UHGV virus genome: UHGV-0343389
From: a virus
Length of the DNA stretch: 26,271 nt
Strand: one strand, 5' to 3'
Position numbers and translations under genes: made by a program. The stretch's first letter is position 1. Each line of letters opens with the position of its first letter. Shown in pieces: positions 19,071 through 26,091 of this stretch. A model generated the notes under the pieces. It was given only the letters and a program-made list of their open reading frames with translations, ran no database searches and was not told the DNA's origin.

Positions 19071-19283
19071 TCAAAGTCCATCAAATTCATCGTAAAAACT
19101 CTCGTCAAGATACCCTTCCCATTTACCGCGAATGAAAATTACATCCTCGCCGCAAGGGTGCTGACTGTCGATAACTATATCCCTCCTGGCGCAACCATAC
19201 TTATGCATGAGAAATTTAACCTCTTTCGGAAAATTTGCTGAGTTATCTCTCATATCTTCAAGGTCGTAGCGTATTTTTGGCAT
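19071..19283 (-). CDS. Hypothetical 70-aa protein
   Basis: ORF with SD GAAGGTG. ATG at 19283 is preferred over the GTG at 19304 that lies inside the palindrome. Confidence 0.4.
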   Translation of the reverse strand: MPKIRYDLEDMRDNSANFPKEVKFLMHKYGCARRDIVIDSQHPCGEDVIFIRGKWEGYLDESFYDEFDGL

Positions 19284-19292
19284 AACACCTTC

Positions 19293-19304
19293 GTGACATG
19301 TCAC
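19293..19304. repeat. Perfect 12-bp palindrome GTGACATGTCAC (second copy)
   Basis: Lies between the zinc-ribbon gene stop and the 70-aa gene start. Confidence 0.5.
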
Positions 19305-19642
19305 ACTATTAATTTCGTTTCATGCCAGCCTTTGGTTACCCAGCATTGCGAGTCACCATTACACGGGCATGAATTCACAGGAACTCTCTCGCCGCACTTA
19401 CCGCAACGTTTTCTGCTGATCGATTTTATACGCCCGCGCACGCGTGCATCATCCTGGCGGATCAGTAACGCTATATACTCACCAAATTCGTAAGGCGCAC
19501 GCCCGGGGCGACGTGTGGCACAGTTACGCTCCAGCATTTCAATTTCCTGAGCATCAAGCACAATCTCCAGCTTACGTACACCAGATGCAGCTTGTCTGGC
19601 TCTCTGAGCGGCTTTGCGCTCTGCTGCTGATTTAGCCATCAA
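19301..19642 (-). CDS. Small basic zinc-ribbon protein, candidate transcriptional regulator
   Basis: 113 aa. Basic N-terminus (AERKAAQRARQ). C-terminal Cys cluster CGKCGERVPVNSCPCNGDSQC. Last gene before the terminator and terminase operon. Confidence 0.45.
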   Translation of the reverse strand: MMAKSAAERKAAQRARQAASGVRKLEIVLDAQEIEMLERNCATRRPGRAPYEFGEYIALLIRQDDARVRGRIKSISRKRCGKCGERVPVNSCPCNGDSQCWVTKGWHETKLIV

Positions 19643-19913
19643 TATTTACCTTTATCGCGTATACCTTTACCGGTTTATCGCCGAAGTGCGGATGTGTGAT
19701 TGTCTTGATTTCATAGCCGCCATACGGAACGTCAATTCTGCGGCTGGAATCGTCACGCTTCGGATATCCCTTTGTGATAATCAGGCGGTCATATTCCCGG
19801 AACATAATTCGCTTTTCCCAGTAGTCATTACACAGGCGATACTCTTCCGTTTTATCTCCGCGAATCATGGCATCGAAGTATTCACCTTTGACGGCAAGTT
19901 GCAGGTTAGCCAC
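19632..19913 (-). CDS. Hypothetical protein
   Basis: 93-aa ORF overlapping its neighbours by a few nt. No recognised motifs. Confidence 0.4.
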   Translation of the reverse strand: MANLQLAVKGEYFDAMIRGDKTEEYRLCNDYWEKRIMFREYDRLIITKGYPKRDDSSRRIDVPYGGYEIKTITHPHFGDKPVKVYAIKVNIDG

Positions 19914-20658
19914 GGTTAACCTCCTGCTGCTGTTCTGGCAGCGGCATCCAGTGGGTTACGTCATCTAGGATATTTCCTGATAAATACGTGAAAGCTCTGT
20001 ATTTTTTGTAATCAATTGGATTTACAACCCAGTTCCAATATGCGGCCACGATTTCACCTTGACTAAATGCCAGTAACATTTTGGTGTCTTCCGGCATTCG
20101 CTCACTACAGCTTATCCAACTATCCGGAGTTGCCGGAGAGTTGCCATTTACATCGAAGTTTGGCTCTGCGTCCTGAACCAGGAGGATGTAACCATTCTTG
20201 GCAGTATCAAGTTCTAACGCCTCGGTGACGGTGCCGAAATAGCGATTACCTAAATCAGCATCACAAGTGCTTACATCAATGGAAACTTCCATGCCTTCGA
20301 TTAATTCTGGCAAGTTGTAAGTTTGGTTTACAGGTTGGCCTCCCTGAAGCATGGCGGCGCGGTGACACCAGATAATCCAGCCAAGCGCCATATCCCATGC
20401 CATGTATTCTCTATCACCATTTTTTGCCCTGCGGCGATCTACAGATTCCCCGAAACGCTTCTCCATAAATAATTCATAGGCTGCCCGTTCATCCGATACT
20501 GCTGCCAGCGATGCCAGTGCAATTTTAAATGCGGTAAGTATGTTGTTAACCACACCTATTTCGAATGCTATTTCACTACATACAAACGATTTATCGTCTA
20601 TTATCGACTCAATTCCGGTAATCGTGTTCTGTAACCATTCTTTGGTAAGAGTATTCAT
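19906..20658 (-). CDS. Hypothetical protein with DUF551-like C-terminus
   Basis: 250 aa. C-terminal segment ending ...DDVTHWMPLPEQ resembles the conserved end of DUF551 phage proteins as recalled from memory. Confidence 0.45.
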   Translation of the reverse strand: MNTLTKEWLQNTITGIESIIDDKSFVCSEIAFEIGVVNNILTAFKIALASLAAVSDERAAYELFMEKRFGESVDRRRAKNGDREYMAWDMALGWIIWCHRAAMLQGGQPVNQTYNLPELIEGMEVSIDVSTCDADLGNRYFGTVTEALELDTAKNGYILLVQDAEPNFDVNGNSPATPDSWISCSERMPEDTKMLLAFSQGEIVAAYWNWVVNPIDYKKYRAFTYLSGNILDDVTHWMPLPEQQQEVNRG

Positions 20659-20660
20659 AA

Positions 20661-20851
20661 CTATTTCACCTTAATCTCAACATTTCGCAGCTTTAGCTCT
20701 ACTGGCAGGTCTGACTTTCCGGTTAATGCTAATGCGAGATTTTCTGGAGTAATGAGAGCAGTTATTGTTTTCCCCCTCGCCAGACGAATAATCATTCGTA
20801 TTTCGCGATCGTCACATGCTCCTGGTCGAACAATTGATATTTGTCCGTTCA
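20661..20851 (-). CDS. Hypothetical small protein
   Basis: ATG start (MNGQ...) placed from the translation next to the stop of the upstream gene. Track extension to 20894 not favoured. Confidence 0.35.
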
Positions 20852-20853
20852 TC

Positions 20854-21138
20854 TCACTCTCCTTTGATGCGAATACCAGCGGCGCGGGAATCATTCCATC
20901 GCTTTACTTCTTCACGAATTACGTCAATGCATTCTTTCGAATCCATTTGGAAATCTTCATCGAAACCGCTTTCTGGATGCGCTCCTTCAATTCTGCAAAT
21001 GGGAATATACCCAGCAGCCTCGCGATGAATTAGTGCATCATCACCATCAAATCGGCCCTCTCCATATTCGAGCGACCACACACCACACGTTGCTTTCTCT
21101 GCCTTTTCACGCAGTGCCTGATAGTCAATCTTGCTCAT
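20854..21138 (-). CDS. Hypothetical protein
   Basis: 94-aa acidic ORF starting MSKIDYQALREKAEK. Confidence 0.4.
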   Translation of the reverse strand: MSKIDYQALREKAEKATCGVWSLEYGEGRFDGDDALIHREAAGYIPICRIEGAHPESGFDEDFQMDSKECIDVIREEVKRWNDSRAAGIRIKGE

Positions 21139-21139
21139 G

Positions 21140-21439
21140 TCACATCACCCTGAAGCCGTTGCATTTACGTAAAAAATCGCAGATATAGCCCTTCATTTTT
21201 TCGTGCCAATCTCGATCATTCCCATTGCACCAACCATCAGGTGGAGTCCAGTTTTCTATCAGAGCAGCCATTTTCTTTGCTTTCGCCGGAGTAGCTGTTG
21301 CGGTATCGCAGTAATGACGAGTGTCAACCAACGTATCCATACCATCGATATCAAGTACGCAAAACCATGTGTGATTCGGCATTTCAACAGATGGTATTTG
21401 TTGCCCACGTCGACGTTTATCAATAAGACATACAGTCAT
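21140..21439 (-). CDS. Hypothetical protein
   Basis: 99-aa ORF, Cys/Trp-rich. Confidence 0.4.
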   Translation of the reverse strand: MTVCLIDKRRRGQQIPSVEMPNHTWFCVLDIDGMDTLVDTRHYCDTATATPAKAKKMAALIENWTPPDGWCNGNDRDWHEKMKGYICDFLRKCNGFRVM

Positions 21440-22014
21440 GGTTCCACCTTCTCTATTTGCTTAAGACCGTCTCTCACTGCATTAAGTACGCGTTCCAGAT
21501 ACTGGTATTTCGGGTTTGGTATCGTTGGCCAGTTGGCATACCACGGATCATCACCAAAGAGATTCAGTAGTTTGTTACCGACGCCGAAACAGCAGCAGCT
21601 TTCTTTTACGTCATCGGCGTTTTCCGCCTCGTCCCACATTTCGCGAGCCTGTACAGCGTCGATTTCTCTCTCTCTTCGTAACTTTATGATTTCTGACTTC
21701 ACGAAAAGCAGATTTGCATCGTTGTCATCGTCGACCGTGCTTAGCAGTTGAGGGTCGAAATTGTCGATTAGATAGTCGTTGCTGACTCGCTTAATGAACG
21801 TCTGCACATCATCACCGCCCATAGCAAACCAAGCCGCAGTCCACGCTTTTCCGTAGCTGGTGATGGTGATTCTTCCCTTACCAGGTTCGTAGTTTTCAAT
21901 CATCACTCGAACCGGATCTAGTCGCTCTGCACCGGTTATAACGAATGACAACACATCAATCTTTTCAACCGTTACACTCACTGGTTGCCTCCTTTGCGAA
22001 GCTGTTCCGCACAA
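21436..22014 (-). CDS. Hypothetical protein (start uncertain; possible ATG at 21906)
   Basis: ORF track begins with TTG and overlaps the upstream gene. Acidic C-terminal half. Confidence 0.35.
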   Translation of the reverse strand: MCGTASQRRQPVSVTVEKIDVLSFVITGAERLDPVRVMIENYEPGKGRITITSYGKAWTAAWFAMGGDDVQTFIKRVSNDYLIDNFDPQLLSTVDDDNDANLLFVKSEIIKLRREREIDAVQAREMWDEAENADDVKESCCCFGVGNKLLNLFGDDPWYANWPTIPNPKYQYLERVLNAVRDGLKQIEKVEP

Positions 22015-22538
22015 TGCAGCAGGGCGTCCGTCGCATATTTAAGACTCACTAGCTCACCATCATCCATTCCCGCGAGATTCGCGTGTTTAACGAACGCCGA
22101 GCAAAGGTCATTAAACGCCTGCGCCCGTACTTCAGCCAGAAAAGCATCGGTGGCTGGGGTTTCCGGCAATGATCCGTCAACCAGTTCTATTGTTGTTCTG
22201 AATCGGGAATTCGACACAACGCGATAAGTCAGGTTCGGCATTCTGGCTGCCACTTGCATCTCAAACTCCTCTCCAGATTCCAGCCCGGCTGCACGGGCGT
22301 AATCAAGCGGACTTCTGACAGCCCCTGAATCTTCGCCGCCCCAGTAAATCAGGTTCGACTTCAACGCCTCATTCTCCGACGCCATCGCATTAGCACGCAC
22401 CAGTTGCACTTCCAGTTGCGTTGCCAAATCGCTGATCAGCTTTGCCACACTACGCATATCAACGGCACCACATTCTGCTTTCAGTTCCGAAGCCATCTCA
22501 TGCCCGGCGTAAACTAACCCTTTGATATTACTTTCCAT
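21978..22538 (-). CDS. Hypothetical protein
   Basis: 186-aa ORF with SD GAGGGT 5 nt upstream of the ATG. Confidence 0.45.
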   Translation of the reverse strand: MESNIKGLVYAGHEMASELKAECGAVDMRSVAKLISDLATQLEVQLVRANAMASENEALKSNLIYWGGEDSGAVRSPLDYARAAGLESGEEFEMQVAARMPNLTYRVVSNSRFRTTIELVDGSLPETPATDAFLAEVRAQAFNDLCSAFVKHANLAGMDDGELVSLKYATDALLHCAEQLRKGGNQ

Positions 22539-22599
22539 CTTTACCCTCGCTTATCCACATAACTTATTGATTACATTGATAACTAAAAAGATCGTCGAT

Positions 22600-22944
22600 T
22601 CAGAACTCTTCGATGTTCCAGCCACCACCTGCTTTCTTTGGTTTAACCGTTACCCCGATGATTCGGAACGGATACTGATCTGCGGCGACTTTGGTTTTCA
22701 CTCTGGCGTCGTCGGTCCAGAAACCTTTCACTTCGTGCAGTTCCATCTCGCCGGTGGCGAGCATCACAGCAAAATCGGGCGTATAGAACGTGTTGTCAGC
22801 TAACCGCAGCTTGATACCCTCGAATCGATACCAGGCGATTTCCCCTGCACGTTTACGCTGCTCAAGGTGCTGGCAATACGCAGATTCTGTTTTGTTCATC
22901 TGGCCTGTTTTGAGTCGACCAAGAGCCTGTATCTGTTTTCTCAT
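22600..22944 (-). CDS. Putative PD-(D/E)xK-type nuclease (DUF1064-like)
   Basis: 114 aa containing ...YTPDFAVMLATGEMELHEVKG..., i.e. PD followed by E-x-K at nuclease-like spacing. First gene after an operator-flanked promoter. Confidence 0.5.
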   Translation of the reverse strand: MRKQIQALGRLKTGQMNKTESAYCQHLEQRKRAGEIAWYRFEGIKLRLADNTFYTPDFAVMLATGEMELHEVKGFWTDDARVKTKVAADQYPFRIIGVTVKPKKAGGGWNIEEF

Positions 22945-22947
22945 GAT

Positions 22948-22962
22948 TTACCTCTGAGGTAA
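22948..22962. promoter_or_regulatory. Operator-like palindrome TTACCTCTGAGGTAA
   Basis: Perfect site just upstream of the 22944 start codon. Centre 62 bp from the site at 23010-23024. Confidence 0.6.
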
Positions 22963-23009
22963 TTAAAAACCACATAAGACACGAAATCAATAGATTTTAG
23001 AATATTTTA

Positions 23010-23024
23010 TTACCTAGAAGGTAA
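23010..23024. promoter_or_regulatory. Operator-like palindrome TTACCTAGAAGGTAA
   Basis: Perfect site. Together with 22948-22962 it flanks a candidate minus-strand promoter. Confidence 0.6.
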
Positions 23025-23061
23025 TCATCGAGACGTAAAAAAATGCGCCATCGCGCTGGTA

Positions 23062-23862
23062 TTACTTGATAAATCCTGCCGCCTTTCCCCGCCTGTATTC
23101 TTCCATCAGCCACTGCGCCGGTGTTATTCCCCCCAGGGTGGCGGCGTTAGGCATGCACCCGAAACTTCGCCCTGGTGGATGGTAAACGTCTCTCCCTGTG
23201 TCCGGAGGTGTACTCATGGGTTCTGGCTTTGCCTGTATGCTGATCACCGGATCGGGTATCTGCTGTCCGGAAGCCACCTTTTTCGCCCAATCATCGAGCA
23301 GCCTGCGCGCGTGTTTCTCAACCTCAATCTCGCTAAGCTGGCGCTGATACATTGCACGGCGTGTATCACATACGACCCAGTACATAACCGGATGCCGCCA
23401 CGGGAATCTTTCGGGACCACCAGGATATAAACTTTTTTCCTTGCTGTACCGGTGAAACTCCGCCATCACATCGTCAATGGTGACGCCAAGAACCATCTTG
23501 CTGTCTTTACACCACTTGATGAATTGCCCTGGCGACGGCCAGAACGGAGATTCACTGGCGCGGGCGTGGCGCATACCAGCAGAAACCTGTTCACGGGTAC
23601 GTATTCCCCCTTCGGCAAACGCAGCAATCCACTGCTGTTTTGCAGCAACTTCCTGCTCTGGCGTCTTCAGGTTGGTTACCACTGCCGCCGGAAACAGTTG
23701 TTTCAGCTGTTTGAAAAGGGCATCAACAAGCCTCTCTGCTGACATGTTCACCACATTGTCATTGTTGACGTACTGATGCTCATAACCTGACATGCGAGGA
23801 AGGGCTTCTCCGTCACGGTTTTGTATCGCGGTAAAAACGTTGTTCACAAGAAATCCTCCCAC
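23062..23862 (-). CDS. P: Replication protein P-like (DnaB helicase loader)
   Basis: Block ...LFPAAVVTNLKTPEQEVAAKQQWIAAFAEGGIRTREQVSAGMRHARASESPFWPSPGQFIKWC... aligns by eye with lambda P (...FPASLANRDQNEVNEIRRQWVLAFRENGITTMEQVNAGMRVARRQNRPFLPSPGQFVAWC...) as recalled from memory. Follows the O-like gene. Confidence 0.8.
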   Translation of the reverse strand: MGGFLVNNVFTAIQNRDGEALPRMSGYEHQYVNNDNVVNMSAERLVDALFKQLKQLFPAAVVTNLKTPEQEVAAKQQWIAAFAEGGIRTREQVSAGMRHARASESPFWPSPGQFIKWCKDSKMVLGVTIDDVMAEFHRYSKEKSLYPGGPERFPWRHPVMYWVVCDTRRAMYQRQLSEIEVEKHARRLLDDWAKKVASGQQIPDPVISIQAKPEPMSTPPDTGRDVYHPPGRSFGCMPNAATLGGITPAQWLMEEYRRGKAAGFIK

Positions 23863-24635
23863 GCTTCAGGGCTGTTCCAGTGCGGAACGTTGTTATCAGG
23901 TAATGTTGATTGCTTCTGTCTGCTAATCTGCAGCCGCCTTGCCAGCTTCTGCTCCCACTGTGCCTGATGGTATGCCTTACCCTCAGCCATCCAGTAAATT
24001 CTGAACTCTGCAAGTTCCTGTGCCGTTGGCAGACTGTCCAGGTAGATCCCCTGCAATGAGCTTTTCCGAAGAAAGTCATCTGATGGCTGCCATTGTTCAT
24101 GCATGACAAATTTGCCTAATTGCCCTGGCCCACCAGGAGGAACAAAGTTATTCATCACGGCGTTGTTTGCGCCGGGGTCATGAGGAACAGAATCCCCGGT
24201 TTTTGTCCTGCTCTCCCTCTCTTGGTTAAATGACTGGTTATATGACTGGTTCTGGATCCCGTTTTTGGGATCATTCAACATCCCGTTTTTGGGTATATTC
24301 CCGTTTTCGGTAACATTACCGTTTTCGGGTTCATTACCCCCTTCCCGGTTGCCTTTAATGTTCCCGTTTTTGGTTATATTAAGAGAGAAAACCCGCACTC
24401 TTTTCGTCGCTCCCTTTCTCTCTCCGGTATCTGAAATAAGCCCCATTTTCATGAGCGATATAAGCCCGGCCTGCACGGTTTTTTTATTCAGGCAAGTGTC
24501 TTTAACGAGGCGTTCTATGCTGGGGTAGCAGAGGTTATATTCATCGGCTCTGTCAGCCATCGAGAGCAGTATGAGCTTTAATGACGAGCTACCTGGATCT
24601 GTCTCCCAGGCCCAATCTGTTGCATGTCTGCTCAT
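23844..24635 (-). CDS. Replication initiator (lambda O-like organisation) containing the origin iterons
   Basis: N-terminal winged-helix-like segment (SLKLILLSMADRADEYNLCYPSIERLVKDTC...GLI). Central Asn/Gly-rich repeat region encoded by DNA iterons. SD GGAG upstream of the ATG. Confidence 0.7.
   Translation of the reverse strand: MSRHATDWAWETDPGSSSLKLILLSMADRADEYNLCYPSIERLVKDTCLNKKTVQAGLISLMKMGLISDTGERKGATKRVRVFSLNITKNGNIKGNREGGNEPENGNVTENGNIPKNGMLNDPKNGIQNQSYNQSFNQERESRTKTGDSVPHDPGANNAVMNNFVPPGGPGQLGKFVMHEQWQPSDDFLRKSSLQGIYLDSLPTAQELAEFRIYWMAEGKAYHQAQWEQKLARRLQISRQKQSTLPDNNVPHWNSPEAWEDFL
24257..24376. repeat. Origin-like iterons (about 5-6 copies of TCCCGTTTT(T/C)GG) followed by an AT-rich stretch, inside the O-like gene
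   Basis: Direct repeats at 24257, 24281, 24299, 24317 and 24361, with a degenerate copy at 24341 and a possible extra copy near 24192. Resembles the ori-lambda arrangement. Confidence 0.65.
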
Positions 24636-24650
24636 GATTAATCTCCGCTA

Positions 24651-24851
24651 TCAGCTTGAATGTTGTGGGGAGGAATTAATCATGATCTGCTTAATCTCTG
24701 CCCTGATACGACGGTTTGATTCCATGGTGCACTCAACACAGTGTCCGTTGTAAACCCAGCGTTCACTGTCATGTCCGTGCTTACATGTTTTTCCGGTGTA
24801 GTAGCGTTTAAGTCCGCGCTTTGCGGCATCAATACGTGTAATGATTTCCAT
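24651..24851 (-). CDS. Small Cys/His-rich (zinc-finger-like) protein, early operon
   Basis: About 66 aa from the ATG at 24851. Motif TCKHGHDSERWVYNGHCVEC. Occupies the cII-equivalent position between the Cro-like and O-like genes. Confidence 0.45.
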   Translation of the reverse strand: MEIITRIDAAKRGLKRYYTGKTCKHGHDSERWVYNGHCVECTMESNRRIRAEIKQIMINSSPQHSS

Positions 24852-24931
24852 GGTAATCCCTGTTATTAGTATTGGGATTACGGTTATTTTGTGCTGACAC
24901 AAAAAAAAGATCAACCATATTTGGTTTTTTG

Positions 24932-24946
24932 TTACCTTTAAGGTGC
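24932..24946. promoter_or_regulatory. Operator-like site TTACCTTTAAGGTGC (right half imperfect)
   Basis: Lies between the cro-proximal terminator and the zinc-finger gene. Confidence 0.4.
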
Positions 24947-24956
24947 GAATAGATAT

Positions 24957-24979
24957 GAAAAGACCGCCGGATGGCGGTC
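24957..24979 (-). terminator. Intrinsic terminator downstream of the Cro-like gene (tR1-like position)
   Basis: GACCGCC-GGAT-GGCGGTC perfect hairpin followed on the minus strand by TTTTCATATCT. Confidence 0.55.
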
Positions 24980-25001
24980 TACAGAGGGTTGTGGCTGGAT
25001 A

Positions 25002-25232
25002 TCATGAGTAGAAGAAGTATGCCAGTTCTGCTTTTGAGCGCAGCCATTGTCTTGTTTTACAGGCTTTAAAAAGCCCATTCATCAATACTTTACCTGGCAT
25101 TTTGCGCTTACCTGTTAAGTGAGTCTGGATATAGTGACTCGTCGTTCCGGCTTCCTGTGCGAAGGCTTCACGCTCATCCGGAGTAAGTGCAAGCCAGTGC
25201 TTTTTGAAATCGAAATGTCCGTTATCGCTCAT
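25002..25232 (-). CDS. Cro-like HTH regulator
   Basis: 76 aa with HTH-like segment (REAFAQEAGTTSHYIQTHLTGKRKM). Divergent from the repressor gene across an operator-rich region and followed by the replication genes. Confidence 0.55.
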   Translation of the reverse strand: MSDNGHFDFKKHWLALTPDEREAFAQEAGTTSHYIQTHLTGKRKMPGKVLMNGLFKACKTRQWLRSKAELAYFFYS

Positions 25233-25268
25233 AGCTATTGCCTGATATTTATTTCAGATAATAAATAT

Positions 25269-25283
25269 TCACCCATAAGGTAA
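25269..25283. promoter_or_regulatory. Operator-like site TCACCCATAAGGTAA (OR region)
   Basis: One of three sites in the 154-bp divergent intergenic region. Left half has one mismatch. Confidence 0.45.
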
Positions 25284-25299
25284 CAAAAATCAAGGATAG

Positions 25300-25314
25300 T
25301 TACCTATGAGGTGC
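25300..25314. promoter_or_regulatory. Operator-like site TTACCTATGAGGTGC (OR region)
   Basis: Right half imperfect. Centre 17 bp from the next site and 31 bp from the previous one. Confidence 0.45.
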
Positions 25315-25316
25315 AT

Positions 25317-25331
25317 TTACCTGTTGGGTAA
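25317..25331. promoter_or_regulatory. Operator-like palindrome TTACCTGTTGGGTAA (OR region)
   Basis: Perfect site in the cro/cI intergenic region. Confidence 0.6.
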
Positions 25332-25386
25332 TATTGCTTTAAATTGAATCATCTACTGATTCATATATGAGGCGATTTTCCAGAAA

Positions 25387-25971
25387 ATGAAAAGTATCCA
25401 GGACGTCCGCAGGCAAAATCTCAACGACTTGATCGACCGTGAATTCAATGGTGTTCAGACGCGGATGGCAGAAAAACTTGGAACTCAGGCAAATCTGGTA
25501 AACCGCTGGGCTCTTGGCAAGAAGGTTATCGGCGACCAGGTTGCGCGAAAAATTGAAGCTGCCGCCAATAAACCCCGTAACTGGCTTGATATCGATCGCT
25601 CGCTTTCTCAGGAAGGTTTTCAGCCTGTCGGCCCAAGCGACATTGGTCAGCTGGCGGCTCACAACCTGGAACGCTGGATGAGCGAAAGCCGCGACCTTTC
25701 AACACAGGGAAAACTTCACCGCGCATCCGGCGTCGCCCAGGTGACAATCAGCCGCCTGTTAAACAATGAGGTTAGCGTTTCCATTTCCACCCTGGAGAAT
25801 GTGGCATCCGCATTCGGGCGTCACGGCTATGAATTACTGATTCACCCGCACGACCCTGCGACCATCAACTATGACCGCTCGCGCTACGCATTGTTACCCG
25901 AAACCGAGAAAGCAAAGATCGAAAGTTACATTGAATTTGTCATCAACCAGAACGAAAAAAGCAAACAATAA
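25387..25971 (+). CDS. CI-like immunity repressor with two HTH (XRE-type) domains and no recognisable S24 peptidase domain
   Basis: 194 aa. HTH 1 near residues 20-45 (QTRMAEKLGTQANLVNRWALGKK). HTH 2 near residues 110-140 (LHRASGVAQVTISRLLNNEVSVS). No Ser/Lys autocleavage module evident. Divergent from the Cro-like gene. Confidence 0.6.
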   Translation: MKSIQDVRRQNLNDLIDREFNGVQTRMAEKLGTQANLVNRWALGKKVIGDQVARKIEAAANKPRNWLDIDRSLSQEGFQPVGPSDIGQLAAHNLERWMSESRDLSTQGKLHRASGVAQVTISRLLNNEVSVSISTLENVASAFGRHGYELLIHPHDPATINYDRSRYALLPETEKAKIESYIEFVINQNEKSKQ

Positions 25972-25991
25972 AACTATAGTTTTCAGCAAGT

Positions 25992-26018
25992 AAGCCGCCT
26001 CATGGCGGCTTTTTTATT
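25992..26018 (+). terminator. Rho-independent terminator after the repressor gene
   Basis: AAGCCGCC-TCAT-GGCGGCTT followed by TTTTATT. Confidence 0.7.
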
Positions 26019-26028
26019 GCCAGATAGA

Positions 26029-26043
26029 TTACCTTACGGGTAA
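26029..26043. promoter_or_regulatory. Operator-like palindrome TTACCTTACGGGTAA (OL-like, upstream of -35)
   Basis: Perfect site. Centre 62 bp from the site at 26091-26105. Confidence 0.6.
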
Positions 26044-26062
26044 TTTTTTTAACTCATATCTA

Positions 26063-26091
26063 TTGACACCAAACCAAATAAGCATAATTAT
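26063..26091 (+). promoter_or_regulatory. Sigma-70-like promoter (TTGACA, 16-17 bp spacer, TAATTA/AATTAT), pL-like
   Basis: Consensus -35 hexamer at 26063-26068 and an AT-rich -10 at about 26085-26091. Flanked by two operator-like sites. Drives the plus-strand gene starting at 26125. Confidence 0.55.

Noticed and set aside
18997-19074. N-terminal extension of terS (MNTAANYGGFILHGTITTTVTITTVV...)
   Set aside because: The extension is the in-frame translation of the operator repeats and the upstream terminator hairpin. The ATG pair at 18996 with SD GGTGG is a far better start.
19621-19660. Short direct repeat TACCTTTA ... TACCTTTA near 19647-19670
   Set aside because: Lies inside overlapping coding sequence, is short, and is not matched elsewhere. 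Likely coincidental.
22551-22559. Perfect DnaA-box 9-mer TTATCCACA in the intergenic region upstream of gene 21978-22538
   Set aside because: A single 9-mer match is expected by chance at roughly 0.2 per 26 kb on two strands. No clustered boxes or AT-rich unwinding element nearby.
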